DNA from: a bacterium
GTDB lineage: Bacteria > Planctomycetota > UBA1135 > UBA2386
Length of the DNA stretch: 64,000 bases
NCBI GenBank assembly: GCA_030432695.1
Contig: JAUILN010000011.1
Span: forward strand, 88,950 to 152,949
Direction of reading: 5' to 3'
The translations under genes and the position numbers were made by a program. Below the pieces are notes generated by a model that worked only from the letters and a program-made list of their open reading frames with translations, did no database searches and was not told the origin of the DNA. Position 1 is the first letter of the stretch. Each line of letters starts with the position of its first letter. Below are positions 54,768-62,348 of this stretch, piece after piece.

Positions 54768-55523
54768 TCAATCGTCGATCACGACGTTCGGCAGACCCGG
54801 ATCCTCGAGCTTGGCCTCGATCTTCTCCACGGCGTCCAGGTCGTCGGCGTTGGCGATCCGCGTCGCGACCTGGGGGAGCACCATCGCGACGGCGAGCGCG
54901 ATCAGCGCGATCCCCACCATCCGGATGGTGCCGAGCGTCGGCAGTTTGGCGGGCTCGCGCTGCGCGTTGCGGCCGTAGCTGTCGGGCGCCAGCCGGGCCC
55001 CGAGCGCCCCCGCCAACCGCGCCTTTTCGAAGAGCTGGCGCCGCCGGTTCTCGAGCTCCTTGCGCTCGCCGAGCAGCTCGCCCTGGAAACCGAGCCCCAT
55101 GCACAGGAACAGCACGTGCGCGGCCTCGGCCGCCGCGTCCGACGCATCGCCGAGGACCTCGTCGACCACGCGGTAGAACTGCTTACCTCCTTCGGCACGC
55201 CCGAAGAACTGGGTCTCCAGCAGACTCATCGACCAACCGGCCCGGTTCGCCCAGGCCGATCCCAGGACCACCTGGTCGGCCGTCGCGACCAACGCGTAGT
55301 GGACCCGATCGAACAACGGCGCCAACCGTGGGTCGCGCTCGCAGCGACCACGGAGCCGGTCGAATTCGCGAACCAGCGCCTGACGCAGGTCGTCGATTCC
55401 GAGCCGGGTCGTCGCCGCATTGCGACGGAACGTCGTGAGGTACAGGAACAGCGGTGCGCACACCTCGTGGAGCGTCTGGTTCCTATCGGTCATCGCATGG
55501 CTCCTGCCGGTCTTGGACTCCAT
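54768..55523 (-). CDS. tssL: TssL (DotU) membrane-complex protein, no peptidoglycan-binding extension
   Basis: DotU-like motifs are CAPLFLYLTTFRRN, HYALVATADQVVL, SLLETQFFG and VLFLCMGLGFQGE. There is a single C-terminal TM (IRMVGIALIALAVAMVL). The start is ATG 55523 or, with the better RBS (AGGAG), ATG 55493. Confidence 0.9.
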   Translation of the reverse strand: MESKTGRSHAMTDRNQTLHEVCAPLFLYLTTFRRNAATTRLGIDDLRQALVREFDRLRGRCERDPRLAPLFDRVHYALVATADQVVLGSAWANRAGWSMSLLETQFFGRAEGGKQFYRVVDEVLGDASDAAAEAAHVLFLCMGLGFQGELLGERKELENRRRQLFEKARLAGALGARLAPDSYGRNAQREPAKLPTLGTIRMVGIALIALAVAMVLPQVATRIANADDLDAVEKIEAKLEDPGLPNVVIDD

Positions 55524-55526
55524 GGC

Positions 55527-56903
55527 TCAGCCCCTGGCTCCGCGGAGTTCGACATAGAGGTGGAACCAGGCCCCCATCGCACGGAGAGCCGTCAGCAGGA
55601 CCGCTTTCCGGGATTGCTCGATCTGCTTCCACCTGGCGCGTGACTCACCCTCCATGTCGAGCCGGAAGTAGTGCAGGTCGGACCGCTTCGGGAACGCCAG
55701 CGGCGGAGTCCGCACGTGCTCCAATTCCACGCCGGGCACCACGCCCTGCAATACACGCTCGAGGTCGGACTCCGCGACGAGCTTGACGCCCGTCTTCACC
55801 AAGGTGGCGACTTTCTCGGCCGGCTCCGCCAGTTCGACGCCGAGGAACACCAACGGATTGGCCTCCAACCAGTCGTCCGGAATCTCCAGCGAGAAGAGAC
55901 CCGGGCGCGCCGGATCCTCCTCCCGGAACTCCAGGGTGTCGTACGGCACCGAGACCTCCGCCGGGATCAGCGACTGCACGGTCTCCAGGACCTCCCGGAA
56001 GCAAGCGTCGAGATCCCCGTGTTCGTAGACAGCGAGCTGCGGCGCGACTCGCTGTTCGCCGAAGATCGCCAGGCTACCGACCGCCTGGACCAGCATCTGG
56101 TAGGCATGGAACGGGTGGATCCCACCGAGACCCGCCAGCTGCTCCAGCGTGACCACGCATTGGTTCACCGCCTGGAGTTTCACGAAGCCGGCGAGATCAG
56201 CGCCCTTCTCGACGCTCGACAGCCCGGTGGTGTCCGGGATCCGCGCGGCCAGATCCCGGGCCTGGGACCGCACGGCATCCGCAACCTCTCGCAAGCGTCG
56301 CATCAACACCGGTGCGCCGCGCAGTTCGAGGCACGGCGGGATGAAGTCCCGGCACAAGACCGAGGTCGCGACCGGGCGGCCTTCGCGGACGAGCCGGGCC
56401 AAGGGCACGCACTCGAAGCCGGACCGGTCCTCTTCGCCGAAGAACAGCCGCGCATGCAGGACCTTGATCTCGATCTCGCACGGCTCGGTGTTCAGGTTCT
56501 CGTCGAAGCCCTCGACGATCTCGCCATGGAACCGCGCCCGCTCCGCAGACTCCTCACCGAGCTCCGGAACGCCCTTGGTCCGCGCCGGGATGCCGAGGTG
56601 GACATCCAGGGTCACGTCGGTGAACAGCGCCCCGAACTCGCGCTGCGCCACGCGCGCATTGCCGGGAAACACCGCCCGCTGACCGTCGGGGAACACGACC
56701 TCCGCGGCCCGCACCGCGAACAGATCGCGCTGCAGTGCGTCCTCATCGAATTCCGCATGCACCAAGCCCCAGGACCCAGCACTGCCGATCGATTCGGACG
56801 CCCTGATCCGGGACCCGACGAAGCGGGCGAAGCTCTGCATGTGCTGGGGGCAGAGGAACATCCCTTCACGCCACAGCACCTCGGGCTGGAATCCGCTCGA
56901 CAT
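55527..56903 (-). CDS. tssK: TssK baseplate protein
   Basis: MSSGFQPEVLWREGMFLCPQHMQSFARF is the classical TssK N-terminus. The track start is GTG 56906, and the adjacent ATG 56903 is used here. Confidence 0.95.
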   Translation of the reverse strand: MSSGFQPEVLWREGMFLCPQHMQSFARFVGSRIRASESIGSAGSWGLVHAEFDEDALQRDLFAVRAAEVVFPDGQRAVFPGNARVAQREFGALFTDVTLDVHLGIPARTKGVPELGEESAERARFHGEIVEGFDENLNTEPCEIEIKVLHARLFFGEEDRSGFECVPLARLVREGRPVATSVLCRDFIPPCLELRGAPVLMRRLREVADAVRSQARDLAARIPDTTGLSSVEKGADLAGFVKLQAVNQCVVTLEQLAGLGGIHPFHAYQMLVQAVGSLAIFGEQRVAPQLAVYEHGDLDACFREVLETVQSLIPAEVSVPYDTLEFREEDPARPGLFSLEIPDDWLEANPLVFLGVELAEPAEKVATLVKTGVKLVAESDLERVLQGVVPGVELEHVRTPPLAFPKRSDLHYFRLDMEGESRARWKQIEQSRKAVLLTALRAMGAWFHLYVELRGARG

Positions 56904-56928
56904 CACCGATCGCTCCGACGACTGGATC

Positions 56929-57474
56929 TCAGAAATTGCTGTCCACGCCGTCGGCGCTCACCGTCAGGGCGAGGTCGGCCTGGGCCGAGGTCAACGTCGC
57001 GTGGGTCCAGCGACGGAAGCGGTACACGCGACCCGCACGGACCACCACTGCGATCGCCAGGCCCGGATTCGACCTGAGCTGCCCACGCGGCAGGCTGAGT
57101 CGAAGGGTCTTGTCCGGCGCACTCCAGTGAACCTGCAGGGCCTTCAGCCTCTCGTCGAGCAGGGTCCAGCTGGCATCGTCACCGCCGGTTCCGACGACCT
57201 CGAACTGGGCATAGCCGTGGTATTGCTTCAGCCCTTCGGAAGCGACCAACGGTGCGACCTCGCCGATGCCCTCCTGCACATCGAAGTCCGCGTCTTCGCC
57301 ATAGAGCACGAACACCGAGGCCACCTCGTCCGGCCGCTCTGCCACGACGGTCAACGAGAACGGCGACGAGCAGGCGGAGAGCAGCAGGAGGAATGCCGCC
57401 CAAAACGAGGCCAACGGGAACGAGGCCAACGACGGCGAACGCCGCCCCGACGCTCGCAGCCCCGACGCTCGCAT
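56929..57474 (-). CDS. tssJ: TssJ outer-membrane lipoprotein
   Basis: ATG 57474 gives MRASGLRASGRRSPSLASFPLASFWAAFLLLLSAC (lipobox LSAC). The mature part is about 150 aa. The gene is immediately upstream of tssK. Confidence 0.8.
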   Translation of the reverse strand: MRASGLRASGRRSPSLASFPLASFWAAFLLLLSACSSPFSLTVVAERPDEVASVFVLYGEDADFDVQEGIGEVAPLVASEGLKQYHGYAQFEVVGTGGDDASWTLLDERLKALQVHWSAPDKTLRLSLPRGQLRSNPGLAIAVVVRAGRVYRFRRWTHATLTSAQADLALTVSADGVDSNF

Positions 57475-57677
57475 CGACGAGCCCCGATCCGATCGAATGC
57501 GATCCGACCCGTGCCGGTGGACCCGGAAAGCGCAGGCCGAGGGGAGACAGGTGGGGGAGACCTTTTCCATGTGCGAGCCGATCCGTCTGGAGTGGCAGCG
57601 GAGCCTACCAGAGCGCCGACACCGGAACCACGACCCGAACCGGCTCGCGCGGCCCTCGCCAAGGACGACGAGAACCG

Positions 57678-59375
57678 TCAACACCGATCCTGGTCGCGGC
57701 GCAATTCGTCGGCACAACGCCCGGCCAGCCGACGGAGGCGTTCCTCGATCACGTCGGAGGTGAGCCGCTTCAGGTAGTCACTCGCCCGGCGCCAGAGTTC
57801 CGCATCGACCCCACCGGTCAGCTTCTTCAGCGCAGGCATCGGTTCGTCGGCGGTCAGCCCCCGCTCCGAGAGATCGCTGCGCAACTCCTCCGCGAACCGC
57901 TCCGCGGCCTGCTTGTTGGCACCGACGGCAACCACCAGCCACTTGCGGAGTTCGTCGATGTAATCGAGGAGGGAGCGTCGGGACTCGGCACTCCCCGCCT
58001 CCTCGAACACGGCGCCGATGAGGCGGCGCAGGTTACCCTTCACGTCCGGCAGCATGGTGCCCTGCGAATAGAGCTGGTGGAAGTTCCCGGTCATCCGGGT
58101 CACGAATCGCTCCACCTTGCGCACGAAGCGGAACAGCTCGACGGCCACGAACCCGCCCGCGTCGCCGTCGAGCAGCGGCGGCATCCCCTCCTCGTCCTCG
58201 TCCACCAGGGCGCGGAAGGTGGCGTCCAGACCCTGCCCGGCCGACGCCGACCCCGGGGTCGGGACATGCACGATCGTCTTGTCGATCAGCTTCGTGCGCA
58301 GCACGTCGAGCTCACCGATCAGGTCCGCCTTGGACAACTCGAGAGCGTGATTCTCCTGCTGCAGACGCGCCAGTTCTTCGGTCGCGTCCCCCGACCACGA
58401 CTCCGGGGCAGCCGGAACCGATTCGGACACAGCACCCCGCTCGTCGAGCTCCCGACGCAACCTGGCGTTCTCCGCCTGAAGTTCGAAGAACAGCCCGCTG
58501 GCCCCATCGCCTTCCTCGCTCTGAGCCCGCCCGGCCTTCGCCGCCTCGAGTTCCTGGCGAAGCGACTGGTTGTCGGCCTGCAGCTTGAAGAACAGGTCCG
58601 ACATCCCGCCCGCCGGCTGCGATGCGGCCTCGGCCGCCTCCAACCTGGACTCGAGTCCCGCGACCGACGCCTTCAGGCGAGCCCGCTCCTGCTCGAGTTC
58701 CGCCACGCGATCGGCCAACGCCCGCCGCGCGGCCTCGGCGCCAGCTCCGCCACCCGTTGCACGAAGCTGCTCGATCTCGGCGCTCAGCCGCTCGTTGCGC
58801 GCCTGTGTCGCCGCCAGCGCGTCCTGGGCGAGTCGGACCTGCACCCCTTCCGACGCCGAGAGATCCCGCTCCTGAACCTCGGCCTTGAGGCTCTCGATCC
58901 GCTGCAGAGCACTCTTCAGCTCGGTGCGCAGTTGTTCGACGAACCTCGGATCCACACCCTCGGCCTTGGGCGTCGGTGGCCGTCGGCGCAACGCGTCGAG
59001 CTCCTTGATCATCGAGGCGCTGCGCCGCCGCTCCGCATCGAGTTCTCTCCGCACCTCGAGCAGTTCCGCGGTTCCCGCCAGCCCCCCGATGTGTTCGACC
59101 TCGATGACCGCATCGGTCGGCTCGGAGCCGAGCCGGAACGACGAGTCCGTCAGCAACACCGGCTCGCCGATGGCCGAACCGTCGACGAAGGTCCCGTTGC
59201 TCGAGCCCAGATCGACGAGCACCAGACCGGCGAGGATCTTGGTGTGCCGCTTGCTGACGTAGCCCTCGGGAACGACGACGTCACACTCGGGCGCGCGCCC
59301 CACGACGGCCTCGTCACCCGCGAACTCGTGGACTACCGGGGCGCTCCCCGGCTGGACGACACGGAGTTTGAGCAA
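57678..59375 (-). CDS. tagH: FHA-domain T6SS protein (TagH/Fha-like) with long coiled coil
   Basis: The proposed start is TTG 59375 (LLKLRVVQPG), with GGGGAG 6 nt upstream. The FHA core is VVGRAPECDVVVPEGYVSKRHTKI...VDLGSSNGTFVDG. The upstream part of track ORF 57678..59876 is Arg/Gly-rich and not protein-like. Confidence 0.85.
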   Translation of the reverse strand: MLKLRVVQPGSAPVVHEFAGDEAVVGRAPECDVVVPEGYVSKRHTKILAGLVLVDLGSSNGTFVDGSAIGEPVLLTDSSFRLGSEPTDAVIEVEHIGGLAGTAELLEVRRELDAERRRSASMIKELDALRRRPPTPKAEGVDPRFVEQLRTELKSALQRIESLKAEVQERDLSASEGVQVRLAQDALAATQARNERLSAEIEQLRATGGGAGAEAARRALADRVAELEQERARLKASVAGLESRLEAAEAASQPAGGMSDLFFKLQADNQSLRQELEAAKAGRAQSEEGDGASGLFFELQAENARLRRELDERGAVSESVPAAPESWSGDATEELARLQQENHALELSKADLIGELDVLRTKLIDKTIVHVPTPGSASAGQGLDATFRALVDEDEEGMPPLLDGDAGGFVAVELFRFVRKVERFVTRMTGNFHQLYSQGTMLPDVKGNLRRLIGAVFEEAGSAESRRSLLDYIDELRKWLVVAVGANKQAAERFAEELRSDLSERGLTADEPMPALKKLTGGVDAELWRRASDYLKRLTSDVIEERLRRLAGRCADELRRDQDRC

Positions 59376-59379
59376 TGGG

Positions 59380-59446
59380 GACTCCCCGGTTCGGGGTTCG
59401 GACTCGGTTCCACGGGCGCACGGAGTCACCCTCGGAGAAGGGAGTC
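59380..59446. promoter_or_regulatory. Array of four GANTC (GACTC/GAGTC) sites with about 21-bp phasing at the fha 5' end
   Basis: The sites are GACTC 59380-59384, GACTC 59401-59405, GAGTC 59423-59427 and GAGTC 59442-59446. Centre spacings are 21, 22 and 19 bp. My rough expectation for a 67-bp stretch at this base composition is about 0.2 sites. Confidence 0.35.
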
Positions 59447-59930
59447 GGACCTTACCAGCCAGCCGGATCCCGGTCTCGATCGAAGACCAGGTGCCCGCAT
59501 CTGGACCGCGCTCCGACGAGCAACCCCGACGGTGCACGAAGAGCGGCGCAGAAGGGGGACGGGCCGCCGGATCCAGCCGACGATCCCGATCCGGGACCTC
59601 GGCAGCCCATCGAATCCGACGGGCTCCGATCGGCAGCTGCCGCCACGCGGGGCCTGGGTCGAGCCTCCCGCCTCGGGGCGAAGCCCGCCAACGGGATGGT
59701 CCGCGCAGTGACGATGGCCCTTCCTGCCCACTCCGAACGCCCGACGGCCCCGAGCACGACCTCTCGCCCCGCTTCAGCCCCGAGGTCGCGCCGTCGGCAC
59801 CGATGGTCTCGGGGAGACTCGGCCGCGCGCGCGGGGTCGCCGCGGCACGTCGGGTGATCTCCCAGCCTCCCTCCACCCGACAGGTTCACGGGCTACGATC
59901 GCCTGGAGCCGTCCCCTCCGGTTCGATCCC

Positions 59931-62141
59931 ATGCGCCCCCGACTCCCTCTGTTCTGTGGCCTAGCGCTGCTCGCCGCGTGTGCCGACCACCGCGCCGGCC
60001 GCGTCGGCCCGACCACTCCTCAGGTCGCGAACGTCTCGTTCCAGACCCGCTCGCTCCTGCCGCTCGACGTCCAGCGCTCGGTGGACATCGTGGTGGCGGA
60101 CCTCGATGACGACGGCCTGAGCGACATCGCGGCGGCCGACTTGACCGGCAGTGTGGTGATCCGGATCGGCGCGACCGACGGGACCTACAGCACGCGGGAA
60201 CGACTGCCGGTCGCCGGTGAGCCGTTGGCTGTCGAAGCCGCGGACCTCGACGGAGACGGCCTCCTGGACCTGGTCGTCGCCAGCGCTACAGCCAACGTCG
60301 CGACCGTGTTCCGGAACGTCGGAGGCGCTTCTTTCCAGGCAACGCAGGTCTTCGACGTGGAGGAGCTGCCGACCGGCATGGTGGTCGGCGATCTGAACGG
60401 CGACACCGCTCCCGACATGGTCGTGACCCACCTCTCGCGATCCGACCTGCTGGTCTTCGGAGGGCTCGGCGACGGCACCTTCGGCGAGCCGATCTCGATC
60501 GCCCTGCCGCGTGGCACGCGGACCGCAGGCCTGACCATCGGCGACGCCGACGACGATGGCCGGCAGGACATCCTGATCTGCGACACGGACAACGACCGGA
60601 TCGTCGTTCGACTCAGCAACGACCCGACCTCGGGCGGTGTCATCGCGGTCGTCCCGGTCGGCAGCACTCCGATCGCCCTGGCGCTCGGCGACCTCGACGA
60701 GGACGGCCGGACCGACATCGCCGTCTCCTGCTTCGGCAGCGAGCGGATCGACGTGCTCGCCCACACCGGCGACAACGAGTTCGAGACCGTCCGTTCGCTG
60801 GCAGTGAGTGGCCGGCCAGCGCGCTCGGTCATCGCCGACCTCGATTCAGACGGTTTCGACGACCTCGCGGTCTGCCTGCTGAACAAGAGCGCGGTCAGCA
60901 TCTTCCACGGCGCGGCGACAGGTCTGGCGGAGATGGAGGACCAACTCCCGGCGACCGGCTTCCCCTACCGCCCGCTGGTTGCCGACCTCACCGGCGACGG
61001 TCGCCCGGACCTGGGCCTGGTATCCTCGAACATCGCCGCGATGAACGTCTTCGCGAACTCCGACGACGGCCTGCTCAGCGGTCGCACCGCCGCGAGTTCG
61101 GCGGGCCGCGCGCAGATCGTCTGCGCGGCGGACTTCGACGGCGACGGCCGCGACGAGATCGCGGTCGCCGGAACCGACCTCGGAACCCTCGCAATCCTCG
61201 ACTCGACCGATCTGGCGAGGGGCCCCGCGGTGCAGGAGGCCTACTCGATCGATGTCGGGCGCACGTTCAGCAACCTGCACGCGACCGACATCGACGACGA
61301 CGGCCGCCCCGACCTGATGCTCGGAGTCCGCGGCGGTGTCCTGGTCCTCGCGAACCGTTCCACGAGTGGGCAGCTACTCTTCGAACCCCCGACGGGTTCG
61401 ATGGCCGACCTGCAGATGACTGGCTCGATCGCCGCCGGACTCGCCGCGGTGGACGTGACCGGCGACGGCGTGAAGGACCTGGTGGCGACCTTCTTCGGCG
61501 ACGAGACCGTAGGCGTGGCACGTGGTACCGGCGCACCCTTCGGGTTCGAGACGGCGACGATCACCGCACTGCCCGGTCGCCCGTTCAGCCTCGCCGTCGC
61601 CGACTTCGATTCCGACGGCGCCCGGGAACTGGCGGTGAGCATGAGTGCATCGTCGACCGTGCAGTTCCTCGCAGCAGACGTGGACGGGACTCTCACGAAC
61701 ACTTCGATGCTGGAGGTCGGCCCGAACCCCACGTATGTCTGCGGCTCCGACTTCGACGGCGATGGACGCGCCGACCTCGCGGTGAGCAACGCCAACGACA
61801 ACACCGTCCAGATGTTCGTCCAGCAGGCCGGTGGAGGCTTCGCCACGGTCGACCTGCAGGTCGGGGCGGTACCCACGGCTCTGGCCGCCGTGGACCTGGA
61901 CATGGACGGCTTCCCGGACCTGGCCATCACGACCCTCAACGGCATGTCCTTCGAGGTGGTGCTGAGCGACGGCCGCGGCGGCGCGCGATCGCAGCAGGTC
62001 TTCCCCGGCGTCTACGGTGCAACCTCCGCGGTGTTCGCCGACGTGACCGGCTCGACCATGCCCGACCTGGTGATCGGCAGCGGCGAGATCGACCGGGTCA
62101 CGGTCTACCAGAACGACAGCTTCCTGGTCGACAGCCAGTAA
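59931..62141 (+). CDS. FG-GAP/VCBS-repeat beta-propeller lipoprotein
   Basis: The N-terminus MRPRLPLFCGLALLAACADH carries the lipobox LAAC. There are more than 10 repeats of the type DLDGDGLLDLVVAS, GDLNGDTAPDMVVT, DADDDGRQDILI, DFDGDGRDEIAV and DFDGDGRADLAVS. Confidence 0.9.
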   Translation: MRPRLPLFCGLALLAACADHRAGRVGPTTPQVANVSFQTRSLLPLDVQRSVDIVVADLDDDGLSDIAAADLTGSVVIRIGATDGTYSTRERLPVAGEPLAVEAADLDGDGLLDLVVASATANVATVFRNVGGASFQATQVFDVEELPTGMVVGDLNGDTAPDMVVTHLSRSDLLVFGGLGDGTFGEPISIALPRGTRTAGLTIGDADDDGRQDILICDTDNDRIVVRLSNDPTSGGVIAVVPVGSTPIALALGDLDEDGRTDIAVSCFGSERIDVLAHTGDNEFETVRSLAVSGRPARSVIADLDSDGFDDLAVCLLNKSAVSIFHGAATGLAEMEDQLPATGFPYRPLVADLTGDGRPDLGLVSSNIAAMNVFANSDDGLLSGRTAASSAGRAQIVCAADFDGDGRDEIAVAGTDLGTLAILDSTDLARGPAVQEAYSIDVGRTFSNLHATDIDDDGRPDLMLGVRGGVLVLANRSTSGQLLFEPPTGSMADLQMTGSIAAGLAAVDVTGDGVKDLVATFFGDETVGVARGTGAPFGFETATITALPGRPFSLAVADFDSDGARELAVSMSASSTVQFLAADVDGTLTNTSMLEVGPNPTYVCGSDFDGDGRADLAVSNANDNTVQMFVQQAGGGFATVDLQVGAVPTALAAVDLDMDGFPDLAITTLNGMSFEVVLSDGRGGARSQQVFPGVYGATSAVFADVTGSTMPDLVIGSGEIDRVTVYQNDSFLVDSQ

Positions 62142-62348
62142 GCTGTCGCCCCACGGCGCACCTGAACGCGAATTGACGAACGCGTCGAGGCGGGCGATCG
62201 GCGATGATCCTCCGCCCGGGGAAAGATCCCCCTCTCTACACCCCGAGCGACAGCCGGGCAGCACCGACGCGCCGGCCTGCAAGAGGCACCCGACCGGCAA
62301 GGCTCTCGGAAGCGGCGCAGGGCCAGCGGACCAGCTGGCTGGAAGGCC

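Noticed and set aside
57499-57516. Possible sigma54 promoter upstream of tssJ (minus strand CGGCACGGGTCGGATCGCA)
   Set aside because: The GG and GC elements are 3 nt too far apart for the strict GG-N10-GC spacing, and the -12 region is a poor match to TTGC. I found no better candidate upstream of tssA, tssB or hcp by eye.
59368-59964. ORFs in the fha / FG-GAP divergent region (59368..59964 +, 59375..59857 +, 59426..59731 -, 59452..59889 -) and the upstream part of ORF 57678..59876
   Set aside because: All have Arg/Pro/Gly/Ser-rich, non-protein-like translations. The FHA domain begins right after the TTG at 59375, which has a good RBS.
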